Positions 48,205-60,131 of a DNA stretch of 64,000 bases are shown here, in pieces. Within the stretch, counting starts at the first letter, position 1, and each line of letters begins with the position of its first letter. Under the pieces are notes generated by a model. That model did no database searches. It had not been told where the DNA came from and saw only the letters and a program-made list of their open reading frames with translations. Source of the stretch: Lepidodermella squamata (Eukaryota > Animalia > Gastrotricha); the NCBI GenBank assembly GCA_047495785.1, contig JBLDXI010000021.1, positions 186,001-250,000 on the forward strand, written 5' to 3'. The position numbers and the translations under genes were made by a program.

Positions 48205-49115
48205 AGATTCACATAGGAAAAAAATAGGCAATATTTAATCATTCGTGTACCGACAACGATTTGCGCCTAAACAGCAGAAATAGTTGAAGAAAATGTAATT
48301 TTTTAGTAATTATCATTACAGTCGGAAATAAGTAGGATTGGATTGGGAGGTTTCGCCGTTGATGTTTCTTGGCTATAGTAGCGACTAAGAAATCACAAAT
48401 TCGCGTAACAACCGCCTTAAAACATTGAAGCACACGCGAAATACACAGCTGGTCGTTGATTTTGAATTGAAGTGAGTAAAAACGATTAACATCCTCTATG
48501 GAGACTGCCTCAATAACGGTGGTGATGATGATGACAAATGCATATAGGGTGCATAATAATTTGCAGTGACAAATGCGTAAAACTGATCAGCACAACATTG
48601 ATACAGCAGGACAAGTAAATTGGACGTTATTTGACACCTGGATTATCACGGATCAGATAGTAGTGGTAGTAGGAATACGTAATATACATTCTCTTCAGCA
48701 TTTTGTGGATTCGACACATATAGTAATACCGGTAAAAAAGTCCAGCTATCCGCTATATACCAGAGCATTCAGCACATCGAAGGCTTTATTTTACTGCATT
48801 GCGCACAAACAACGAACAAAAAAATGACGGAGTAAATTCGCAAAGCATGCGCAAATTTCGTAGAATTTTTTGTAGATTTTTTTGGGCATGTTCACTTTTT
48901 TCTGAAAGAAGAGATAGACATAAACAATTTATCATAAAGGCGAAAAATTGTGCTATATTTAAGAATCGAATATTTGACTAATCGATCCTAGAAACAGCAG
49001 AATTTTTCGAAATCTTCAGGTTTGTTCGCAGCACTCGGTTCGTTAAAGGAACTTTGCCTATGTCTACTATACTTTAATATCACGGCTATGGTTTTTTTGA
49101 ATTAAGGAGGCGCTG

Positions 49116-51472
49116 CTAACTCAGCGAACATCGATCGGCCATGCGGCGGAAAAACTTCTGCCCGCCAGTGGCCGGGCGGCCCGAGCGGCGCGTCGACCGC
49201 CTGACCGGTGAAATCGGCAGCGGCGACGACGGGGGCAATATGACAGGTGAAAGCGCGCGGGTAGGCGAAGACGGAGTGGCCGGACTCGCGATGGGCGACC
49301 GCGGCGAGTCGACAGACGGCGGCGCTTCCTCCGCCGCGCCGACGCCGATCGGCAGCGACAGTCGCGGTACCTGAGTCGGAGATCCCATTTGCGGCGACTG
49401 GGGCACGGAAAGCGTCACCCCGGCCGCGCTCGGCAGGAAGAGGTCGATAGGCGGGCAGCCGTGTTTCTCCAGCGAGGTCAGCACCGTCGACGGCCGGTTC
49501 CACTGAGCCAGCGAGACGTTGGGACCAGTCGACGGGTGTCTCCTGCGCACCCAGTCGTGGAGACACACCTCGTCTAGCGACAACCTTTCTTCTGAGCTAT
49601 ACGCTAACATGCCTCGGATGAGCTGTTGAAGACCGGAGTCGAAGTCGTTCGGAATTTCGTAGAGACCCCGCGCAACTGCTTGGAAGACCTGGTAGATATT
49701 ATCGCCTTCGAACGGGAAGCAACCGGCTAGCATTGAGTACAGCGTCACGCCCGCCGACCATACGTCGAGTTTGAAACCGTGAAACGGCGACTCGCCGTTC
49801 GCAACCTCCGGCGGCTGGACGATGGGCGAGCCCTGGCTGCCCTCGATCAGGTCGTTGGGCGCGAAGGGCGACAGCTTCTCCGCAACGCCAAAATCACAGA
49901 TTTTGACGTTGCCGTCATTGCCGACTAGCAAGTTGCCGGGTTTGATGTCTTTGTGTATTATGCCTTTTGAATGCAAGTACTGCATGCCTTCGAGCATTTG
50001 CTGGAAGTAACGATGCGCCTGCCACTCGGGCAGCCGGTGCCCCGGCGCCGAGTCGATGAGTTGCTGCAGGCCCGTGGCGCAGTACTCCATGACGACGTAC
50101 AGCTTTTCGTCCGTACTCGACATTGTGCCAAGGCTGTTAGCACCGATGCGAAAACCGCCCGAGCTGCCTTCGTTGAGTTTCAACGACGCGCCGGGGTCTA
50201 ATAAATTAGCGGGCGAGGATGCGACGTTTGCTAGGACCTTTTCAGCCCCGTTCGGGGTCGAATTGCTCGACACTCTCAACACGTCCGCTAACCGCACCAC
50301 ATTAGGATGTTGCAACTCCCGATGAAGAGCAATCTCTCTAAAAACAGAAAATAAAAAATTAAGATTTTTGTCTAATTTAACTTTGATCTTAAGATCTTAT
50401 ATAACCGTGGTGTTCAAATCAGCGGAACTAAATTTAAAAAAATTAAAGGAATGACTATTTTTATTCAGAAAACCCCCGATGGTAACTGGTTCGGTAATAT
50501 TCGGTATTTTACCCGGTCGGACCAAATTTCTCCGGAATTTTTAATCCCATTAACAAGTGACATACTTGATTACTATTCTCGTGATTTTGTGAATTTTTTT
50601 AACATTTTTCTGGCCATGAGACGTGACTTCGTCTCTCACTTTAGAGTTTTTGAATCCTTTTCCGGGTATTCCCTTTGCTTGCGTTACTTATGGGACACGC
50701 TGTATCATTTTTTAATTCAAAATTAATTTTTAATTTAATTTAAAAAATTATTTAGTCTTATTCATTCTCCAAGATTAAATAATTGTAAATTTTCCCGGGG
50801 ATTTTTTGATCGTCAACTGCTTACCTCAGAACATTTTGTTCACCACTTGGAATTTTTCGAAGTCGCTTTTGCCGCAGAATTTTAACAGCCCGCCTCACTA
50901 GAGTTTCTGTATCGAGGGCGTCTTTGACTTTGCCGTAAGATCCCTCGCCGAGATCTGCACCGACCAAATACTTGCCGACTAGTTTCGCCGGTTTCAGCGG
51001 CTCTTCGTAAATAATATCGACCGAATCAGCTTGCTGAAACATCGGCAGTACATTCACTGTCATCGGGTCTTCGTTGTCCAGAAAACTGTTGTATTCGTTC
51101 AACGCTAACTTTATTCGATCGTCGTACGGCTCTTGCTCCCCACCTTCCAAGATCCTGCATAATTAAATATTGAAAAATCCACCTTAATTATATAAAATTC
51201 TATTAAACTTACACTTCTTCTTGATCACTGTCTTCGCTGTGTTTATTCCGGCCATTGCCTATTGACAGAGGGCCCATGTCATCGTCTAGATCATCAGTAT
51301 GGGCTGGCATCGGAAATTCGGAATCCACTGTGTAGTAGCAACCGGCTTGCACGATATCGCCGTGTTCTTCTTCGCCGAAATCCGCATCCCCGAGTTGATA
51401 CGGGTAAAAAGTGTGCGGAGTCTCATTTTCAAATTCCTTCGGATCTTCTTCAGGCTGTTGCACGGCAGCCAT
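49116..51472 (-). CDS. STK11: Serine/threonine kinase LKB1; exons 51472-51213, 51154-50825, 50337-49116
   Basis: KLVGKYLVGADLGEGSYGKVKDALDTETLVRRAVKILRQKRLRKIPSGEQNV, HKDIKPGNLL, DFGVAE, SQGSP..QPPEVANG..FHGFKLDVWSAGVTLY and a C-terminal CaaX-like CSLS. Confidence 0.95.
50465..50704. mobile_element. Mariner-like MITE remnant in STK11 intron 2
   Basis: Ends in ATGGGACACGCTG-TA (mariner-type TIR end); a similar end ATGGGACACGCCG-TA lies at 39724-39738. Body homologous to 38870-39035; short match CGGTATTTTACCCGG at ~45190. Confidence 0.6.
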
Positions 51473-51811
51473 AATTTCGATGGCGAAATATTTTCGGGAA
51501 AATTGGTATCTGACCGCAGTTCGATTAACAGCTTACATCATTACATAATTAAAATCTAGAGAACATTAATAGAAACATGAACTACTATCAGTGGATCATG
51601 CAATCACGATGAGAAAACAAGTCGTCTTGGCTGGCCTTTTTAATGCGTTTCCCGAAGACAAACATTTGTACCGCAACCGACACAGAAGCGCAAAAATATC
51701 AGGTTCGGCGCTTTTCATTATTTTTTGGCAATTATTAATAAATTTTAACGACTGCAACGACCCAAGAGGAGTGTACGTGATTTCGAGCAAACGAGTTTGA
51801 TCTGTTGTTTC

Positions 51812-52957
51812 TCATTCTTTCTCGTCCTCCTCCTCCGCGTCTTCTTCAGCATCCTTGGGACCATCAGTCGGACCTTTGAGGCCAACCTCTGTAACACAAT
51901 GAAATGCAAAAATTTCAAAAATAATAAAAAAAAACAGAAAAAATCAAAATTTTCAATGCAATGACCCTTGATTGCGATCTCGAGCAAAAAGTTGATTTTT
52001 GGGGTCTTTGAAAAAACCGTTGAAAAATGTCGAACCTTCACCGTCCTCCTCTTCATCATCATCGCCGGGAACTTCACGATTTTCTGCATTAGCACGTTCG
52101 AGCGCTTTCTCGAGCTCAGCCTCATCGGCATCCTCGACGAACTTCGGACCGAGTCGAATGGCGAAAACGCCACCGGGCCGCGCCTCAATCGCCTGTTTCA
52201 CCCGCTCGACGACATCGGTCAACTGCTGCAGGCCAGTGTCGCGGTCCAGCGTTGTCGCGCTGATGTAGTAGACGGGCGGTGCGATGAGATTGATGTGCAC
52301 CGGCAGGTCCCCGGCGGCTTCGAGACCGGCTTTCAGCGCCGCCTTAACGGCGTCGATGCCTTCGTAGCCGTAACAGCCGACGTCGATATCGGCACGCAAT
52401 TTCACAGCCTGAGGTGTGAGCTTGAGCTGAACCTGCTCGAGAAGCACGCTTTTTGTCGTTTCATCCAGCTCGCATTCGTCGACGAGCTCAGGATTACTGA
52501 TCAGTTTTCGAAACACGTCGTAAGAAGCACCAGTTCTGTTATGTTTTCGGTCGAAATGCCACGCGGTTTTGTTGTAGAGACTCTCCAACTGGGCGTCGGT
52601 GGTGTAACCCAACTTCGCCGCGGTCTGGTGAAGGATGGTGGCGACCATCTTGGCACGGGCGAATCGTTCCTCGCATTTACTGACTTCCTCGGGCGAAACA
52701 CGCCGTTTTGAAAGATCAATGTAGCCCTTTTCACGGTCGACTCGAATAACGACGACGCACTCGCGCCTGCCCACCTTAATGAGCTTATTGATAGAGCGAA
52801 TACGACGCCGCGAAAGTTCTGATAACAAGATCATGCCCTCGATGTTGTTGTACTCCTCGAGCTGGCAGTAAGCACCCATTTCTGCGATTTGCTTAACGCG
52901 GGCCATGACCACCTCTTCGGGGTCTGGCAATTTCCGCTCGTAAAATCGACAATGCAT
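51812..52957 (-). CDS. EIF2S1: Translation initiation factor eIF2 alpha; exons 52957-52036, 51888-51812
   Basis: CRFYE..P..EEVVM..VKQIAEMGAY..LEEYNNIEGMILLSELSRRRIRSINKLIKVGR (Ser51 motif), KGYIDLSKRRVS and LIAPP; a 147-nt intron restores the acidic tail. Confidence 0.97.
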
Positions 52958-53097
52958 TATTAAAACTCTAAAATCGATAAGTCAAGATCTTAATTGAATC
53001 AGTAACACAAATTTCTTTTAAAAAAACACGTGAGAAAAACGACAAAAATCGTGATGGAAAATGAGATCACATAACGCTTCAGATCATTTCGGCACAA

Positions 53098-54879
53098 TCA
53101 AGATTTTACGGTGGAATTTATCTTAGCAATGCGACGTTCATACGCTAAACGAGTAGCGTTTATCGATTCCGTCAACATGCGACATTGAGCAACTAAATTT
53201 CGCATATTCGATCTTTCGAGGAAAAACGGCAAGTAAACCGAGGGTGACTGTTGAGCAATTATCGGAGGGTTGTTGGACGCGCGATTTTTCAGCAGTTCTT
53301 CGTACATCTTATTCGCCTCGGCCGGGGCACTGGATTGCGGAACAGCTTGAGGCGGGAAAAACTGCTGGAAAAACGACTGAGGCGGGAACATCAAGAACGT
53401 GGGCGAACCAAACATTTGCCCTGGAAAAACCTGCTGAGGCTGCGCAGATTGCGGGAAAAACATTTGCGGCTGTACTGGGGTGGGTTGAGGTTGCGGTTTC
53501 TCTCTAACAGGCATTTGATCTTGAACATCTCTAACCGGCTTTTGACGCTCTTCCTGAATAAATTTCGTCGGAGATCCAGAACTAGATTTTCGTTGAAGAG
53601 TAAGCCGCAACGAGCCTTGAGATTGAACTCGCCTCCTACCAGAATCATGCCTAGCAGAGTCCGACGCGATAGATTCGGATAAAGGCGCTGCCACAGTACT
53701 TTCGTCAACGTTTTGGGTTGTTGTAACACTTCTCGCTGAATTTAGCGATAAAATCTGCGGGGCAGTTTGCATCCGATTCGTAGCAAGAGCCGTCGGCTGC
53801 TCATTTTTACCCGGCTCAGCACTTCGAGACGACTCATCAAAGTCGTCAGAATAGCGGTGCCGAGGCGAGTCATTCGAACCTAACGACTCTTGGATCGATT
53901 TAACAGAACTAGCAGTTCCTGGTCTAGATTCCTCCTTAGTTTCCGTGATAACAGGCAAAGAGAGTAACTCATCGACACTGTTGACGATATTAGCCATGTT
54001 AAATGGAGACGCATCTTCTTCTTCGTCAATTTCATCTTGTTTATCACTCTTCAGCTCAGTTTCATCCTTATCAGCAGGTATATCCTCGTCATCGTCAAAG
54101 GTCATAGAATAAATAACATTCCCGCTATCGTCAACAAAACTTGAGGTAATGATAGGTGCAGAATCGTGAGTTTCCTTTAGTGGCGGGGCACGCTTCGGTG
54201 GTTCTGCGGCTGGCTTGGGAGGCGGCTCTTTCTGTTGTACCTTTTCAACGACAGCAGGGGCACTCTTTTTAGGCTGTTCTATCGGATGTTTCAAACTTCC
54301 AGTTGTTTTCAGAGCTTGTTTAAACTGCTCAGCGACTAGTCGCTGGTCTTCGTCGTCATCCTCGACCGATTCTGTGTCACTACTGTGCTGCTTCACGACA
54401 GCTCGAACTGTGCGGCGAATTGCAGAAACCGGCGGAGATGGTGACGAGTAAGATGAACTCGACATGCTTCTCGATCTTTCAGGCTCTTTCGTGGAATAAC
54501 TTTGCAGCGGAACTTCAATTGTTTCGTTTTTCGTCGGAGGCTTGGCAGAGCTGCCTGGAGTAGGTAAAGTCTCTTTAGATTTCAAAAATGCGCGACCTCG
54601 CCCTGATACAGCAGTTGACGAAGCCGGTAAAGGCAGGCTTGCGCTCGCCTTTTTCGTAAAATCTCGAACTGCCTGCTTCGACTCACTGGGACCACCGCCA
54701 GCGCCCGTTAACGATCGAAGATAAGCCTCAACTTCGTCATCTGCGTCTTTTCCTTTTGAATTTTGAGCGCCGTCTACTCTGGAATTTCTTCCGCTGGAAT
54801 CGAGCGTCTTAGTATTCACCACACCACCAGCTCGTAGATACTGACTGGCGCGTGCCAGAAGCATATCAGTTCTATCCAT
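53098..54879 (-). CDS. Uncharacterised 593-aa low-complexity protein, single exon (weak resemblance to C19orf44/DUF4614 layout)
   Basis: 1.8-kb ATG-started ORF; Ser/Pro/acidic disordered body with YSDDF and a short helical C-terminus. The family guess is from memory only. Confidence 0.8.
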   Translation of the reverse strand: MDRTDMLLARASQYLRAGGVVNTKTLDSSGRNSRVDGAQNSKGKDADDEVEAYLRSLTGAGGGPSESKQAVRDFTKKASASLPLPASSTAVSGRGRAFLKSKETLPTPGSSAKPPTKNETIEVPLQSYSTKEPERSRSMSSSSYSSPSPPVSAIRRTVRAVVKQHSSDTESVEDDDEDQRLVAEQFKQALKTTGSLKHPIEQPKKSAPAVVEKVQQKEPPPKPAAEPPKRAPPLKETHDSAPIITSSFVDDSGNVIYSMTFDDDEDIPADKDETELKSDKQDEIDEEEDASPFNMANIVNSVDELLSLPVITETKEESRPGTASSVKSIQESLGSNDSPRHRYSDDFDESSRSAEPGKNEQPTALATNRMQTAPQILSLNSARSVTTTQNVDESTVAAPLSESIASDSARHDSGRRRVQSQGSLRLTLQRKSSSGSPTKFIQEERQKPVRDVQDQMPVREKPQPQPTPVQPQMFFPQSAQPQQVFPGQMFGSPTFLMFPPQSFFQQFFPPQAVPQSSAPAEANKMYEELLKNRASNNPPIIAQQSPSVYLPFFLERSNMRNLVAQCRMLTESINATRLAYERRIAKINSTVKS

Positions 54880-55626
54880 ATTTTGTACACAGTGATGTAA
54901 AGCCTAAGCAAAACAATTAACACAGTTAGAAACATGCCGCTAATCATAACCAGTACAAATATCGGAAGTTGATATAATAGTTATGTAATTCGGTTATACT
55001 GCGCGGAGGTAGTATGGAGGGCAGCGTGAAAACAATAAACAAGCGTGCCGCGTTGTATCTGCAAACAACCCTATATCATTACAAGGTAGAGCCAGCTCGC
55101 AGCGTGAACAATCATACTCTATAATCTGGATTAGAATGCCTGCATGCACGTCTTATACATAAAAATACATATGAGCGTATGGGCGCACAATGAAACATTT
55201 TTTACGACATCAAAGCAATAAGAAGCGAGATTAAGAATAACATTACGCATTTTACTATCACAACAATTTTTCAGAACGCAGCCATAGTATTCTCAGTCGC
55301 ATGCAACTGAAAGAGAAAATATCGAATATCTATTGGAGATATAGCTCAATTAAATAAGAAATGCCCATCTCAGAAGCCAATTGAACCGAAATTTACAGCG
55401 ACTTGAATAAAATAGCGCATGATAAAATCGAACACCGCAAGAGCGCATCGTTGGAGAAAGCCGATGGGTTGCTCCGAGCGCTTTAACCCTGAAGATAAAG
55501 CTTTAACATGAAGATAATGCTAAATTCAGAGCGCTAAAGGATAGACTCAAACCATGCTTCTTTGGGCCTCCCATCATCACTTGAACCACTGTCTAAAAGG
55601 ACTTTGTATAAGGATCCTTCAAAAAC

Positions 55627-55874
55627 GGGTCCCCTACAAAGTAGGGAAAATTTAGTAAAAGGCTTCAAAACATATGCTTCAAAGCAGCATGACCTCAAAG
55701 CTAATTACAAAATGGCTTCAGAGTGAAATAATAACATGAATTGAAAAACAGGCAGATCATTGAGTAACATTTTATTTTACTTTTTTTTCAAGTGCTTTGA
55801 CGCCATTTGGTCTGGTGTGGGCATCATTTGTTGCGTCATACTTTCTTTGAAGCCTTTTACCGTACGGGGGACCC
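55627..55874. mobile_element. Small MITE-like inverted repeat
   Basis: GGGTCCCC/GGGGACCC outer arms and a perfect 15-bp GTAAAAGGCTTCAAA/TTTGAAGCCTTTTAC inner arm. Confidence 0.55.
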
Positions 55875-57482
55875 TCAAAAACAACTCTTTTCTCATGAAA
55901 TTTCAAGGTTATAGGCTGGGATCGAACTAACTCAGCTCATGCCAATACCCAATACATTAATCGCTTCGATGAGGATAAATACCTCAGGATCAGGAATCCA
56001 ATTGTATTTTGCGCTGACATATCAATCGTTGAAGTCAGGTCGCACATGCACAGTCAACCTACATTCATCATGCACCTACTGTGACGTATCACGTATCAGG
56101 TATCAGCTCAGACCAGAACCCCAAAAGCGAGCTCTCAGCGCAATTCGGCCATCGATGCTTTCAAACTGGCATTATCGTCAAACAACAATTAGCTTGGAGA
56201 CATTTGGAGTGTCGAAAAGAGACGCATCCATCTAGGAAAATAATTCATCAACTCCTGCGAAGAAGTGCTCGTGAGAACTAATACCATTACCAAGACCAAG
56301 GTTGGAAGGTTGAATCAAGGTAATAAAGATAATGAATAAGAAGGTAGGCATAAATAAACCAAAAAGATTTTTCATCGTGATTGAATACTGACAGCCATCG
56401 AAAAAATACATCAGAATGGGTCTACCGTCTCACAGGAATGCCCTCCGATCCCCTCCAAACTCCGCGATCCGCGAGTGTATTCTGATGTCTGATGTAGTAT
56501 GTAGTCGCAAAATCGCATCGAGTGAAATTAACAAGGGGTAACTCATTTGATGCGAAAAGCTCCAATAACCAATAAAAAAAGCAAATTCTTAGCATTATGA
56601 AGCGCGTAGAGCTTACAGCATGGAAGATATGTTTCAAAGCACCGAGTGCTGAGTGTCCGGATTTAGTTTGTAATAGAGACATGAGACATGTATTGGGCTA
56701 TATTTACCTATAGTTAAAGCAAACGTATTTCTAGGTGACAGTTGAGATGATGAATTGAGGCATCGGAGGATCAAATTCAATCGAAATTAAGACTTTTCGC
56801 TCCTTCCGATCCATGCGCAGCCAAGCAAGAAACTTCCTCACTCCACAAGTTGCAGGACCTCTGCGCGCCACGGAAAGGTAACCGGCAACCGAACATCACT
56901 GTCACCAAAAAAAGATAAAACCTCAACTCGGAACTCTGCGGCTTCGCTAATAAACGTCAAGGTCGAATAATTTTAAACTTTATTTATTTTTCACTATTAA
57001 AATTACAAATTTATTTATTTTTTTATTTAAAAAAATGTGTTGCACCAATACAATCGTCGCAGTTTTTCAGTTTTTTTTTTGCGTGGCTTCAATCGATCCT
57101 TGTTATCGACTGACTTGTTGGCAATTCACGGCAGATATTGACCGGCATTCACGGCATTGCATGATCGGCCCTGATCTAAGCGGCTTGTCTTGTTTTTTAT
57201 ATGCGATACTTGGATAATTGCAAAAATTGAAGACTGCTGATTGGTGATAGCGAAAGTGCAAAATCATCAAGTTCCAACAAGGAATTTCACAGCAGTTTAG
57301 GTTGTCTGATTATCAGCAGTAGTTGATTCATTGCGTAAAATATTGCCCAGAAAAACTCCTATCAATTATATTGGTATAGCGGTTTTATTGCGAAGTCTCA
57401 GAAGTATTCATGGAAAAGGCCGCAACTGCTATCATTAAAACAAGACCACTTAAACAAATTATCAAACACGGAAATACGTTTA

Positions 57483-59081
57483 TCATTCCTCATTCGGTAT
57501 TTCATAGTTGCCACTTTGATATACCTTGGCTAGTGGAGGAAGTGTGGCATCAAGCATTTTCTGATATAAAAGTTGGCAATCTCTTGCACGGAAAACGTCA
57601 CTCCGACAAACACAGGCCGTAGCATGAGCCACGTAAAAAGTTCTATGTGATCCATCGTAACACGTTTGATTATACGCGACCAGGGTGTGGCTTGCAGGGA
57701 GGCAGCAACGATTATCAGTGGACTTGCAGGATTTGCAGTATTTCAAAGCAACTGATTGTGGCTTGCAGCCGTTATGTCGAACTTTGACTTCGAATTCAGC
57801 AAGAGGTTTGTATCCTGGTTTGCATGGCTATAAAGATGAGTGAAAAATCAGAAAATTACTTCTATAGAGGTTTTAACGTACATCTAATCTTCGCTTCTTC
57901 GTGCATGGCCGTAACATGCAATACGTTGATGACGGAGCCATTGTAGCTGGACAAGTGAAGTCCCGAATTACAAAATCATCGGTTAAGCGCAGTCCACATT
58001 TATTCAATGAGCAGCTGCGGAGGCTGATGGTGGTTCCGGAACAATTTCTGTAGGGCCTGTCGGCTTGCATTTCCATGATTGGCTCTTCAGTTGCTAGTGA
58101 GCTTGGAAAGCTTCTCATTTTTGACGCCCGAGTCGGTGAAAAGGCAGTGGGGGTAGGGCGGAGAACAATCATTGGCTCCACGTACTCAACGTCCATTTTA
58201 TTGCTGGCGCTTTCGTCACGTTGTAGTGGTGTATTGGTTGCAACAGAAGTTGTTGACCGTGTCGTCTGTCTATAAGTAGACGTCGCCGGGGTTTCTGTTG
58301 TAAGGACAAGTGGAGGCGGTAATTCGGGTTCCATCAAGCCTTTTCGAAAGAACATGGCTGCTAATACGTTCGAAGTCATGTGATCACACACCCATTGCGG
58401 ACAGCAGCTGTTGGGAACTCGAATCCGTTGACAAGTTCCTTTCATAGCAAAAGCCATATTTCGCTCATCTTGGCATAAGCTAGCACAACCTAAACCGAAA
58501 TTTAATACAATCTTTATTGGTTGCTGTTTTAATAGTTACAAGTTTCCTACCGACTAAGCCTCCTTGGCATGAACATTGCATGCTACAGTGCGGTTGGAAC
58601 GTTTCTCCATCTTGAAGAACTTTGCCACTGGCTAGGCGGCAAGTTTTATTACCTTAATTTTTGAATAAATAAACTATTATCGAGATAACTCATAAATACT
58701 TACCTCTGCATATTCCACGGCTATTAGTTCCGTCGACATACACGCAATTCAGCGTTTCACTGCACGGATTTTGGAAATCGCACATATCTCCTTGCCCGCG
58801 CGGGCATGTTTGGCAACAACGGCAACCATCCCACTGACTTTGAACCCCAGTTGGGCATGTGACCTGACGGCAAAATTCTGGCTTGCAATTAGATGGGCAC
58901 ATGGATGCTGTCTGAGGAAAATAGATGATGACCGAATTATTTTTATAGCTTATTGGCGCTTGTAAATACTAACCGAATAGTCGATAGCTTGCGGGTTGAT
59001 ACCGTTTAAAATGAGCCCATCCTCGGCTTCGATTTCGGCCAGATAAATAGCAATTGTGACGTAAGTTGCCCAAACCTTCAT
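57483..59081 (-). CDS. CCN-family matricellular protein (signal peptide, IGFBP, VWC, degenerate TSP1, cystine knot), 5 exons
   Basis: MKVWATYVTIAIYL signal; DGCRCCQTCPRGQGDMCD IGFBP; DGETFQPHCSMQCSCQGG..CASLC..CCPQWVCD VWC; YCMLRPC; KYCKSC..RCCLP..TACVC cystine knot. Confidence 0.9.
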
Positions 59082-60131
59082 TTCATTTAGCGCGATATCC
59101 TATTTCAAGTAATATATCGATCTGCCTGAAGAGGTATCCTTTTTCGAGACAAAAATCGGAGAGAAATCAAAGGACTGATTTATGTTCCATACTATAAGAG
59201 ACTGCTGTACTAAGTGAGTTTGGTGGTTGTAAGTTGTAAGGGCGGATGTTAGAGCCTAGTGAGTGTCAAGTGGTCGAAGCCACGAGCTGTATACGTTCGG
59301 TCACCTCAAATAAATGCTGATCGCCTTTGAACCGGAACTGTACTCTTTGCGGCGCCGCAAAATATTTCGTGCGAAAGTATACAATTATAACGTTGCCTGA
59401 AGTGTTCAGTTAATTAAAAATTGGCATGGCTGTCGCTTCCTTCCGATTTCGACGCATTACGCAAATGTAATTATTACTACACGGCAAAGGCTTATTGGCC
59501 GCACCCTGTACAACGTGTCGCGCAGAGTGCCGAGCCGCGTTTGTAAAACACTAATTGCCGTTACAATTGTTCGCCGTGCGTAACCTTTAGCAGTGATTAA
59601 ATTTTGTCGGCCGACTTGTTGACGCTGTCGCCGGCGGATGGGTGCGAGTGATAATATGTAATAATAGTACATATTATCAACCCCGCCTTCCTTTGTTCTC
59701 GATTGAAAATACATACGACACGGCTAATTAGGCCATTCGAATTTTCTCGTTATCATCGTTTATTCTTGTCATCAAACCCGATTCGCGCAAGTTTTTACAT
59801 TGGTTTATCAAAAAAAGCAGATGGCTAAGTGAATGGTGATGATGATGAACCCGCAAGTGCTCATTTTTCCAAACATAACAAGTAAACATAAGGCGTTGAG
59901 AAGGCTAAAATTGCAAGTGAAAAGCAGCCAGATCTCGAAAAATGTCTACAGCGTACCATAATAGGAAGTAAAGATTACTCAAGTATATAATATTATATAT
60001 CAGAGAAAGACACAGCCGATATCTGCAGTTTTGTTCACATCTCGGTAGTAAAAAAACGTTGAATACGTACTAGAAATCGAGGTCGTGCGTAAATGATGAG
60101 GCAGATATTTAATGAGGAAACAAGATTTTTT

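Noticed and set aside
47970-48242. 90-aa hydrophobic Cys-rich ORF in repeat copy B
   Set aside because: Composition is explained by U-rich UTR sequence, there is no recognisable domain, and its start lies in a putative intron.
51953-52035. Unusual eIF2-alpha C-terminus given in the ORF track
   Set aside because: Read-through into a 147-nt GT-AG intron; splicing gives a normal acidic tail.
51968-52711. 247-aa + strand ORF and other long antisense ORFs (e.g. 53251-53682, 60465-60860)
   Set aside because: Shadows of GC-rich conserved genes on the opposite strand.
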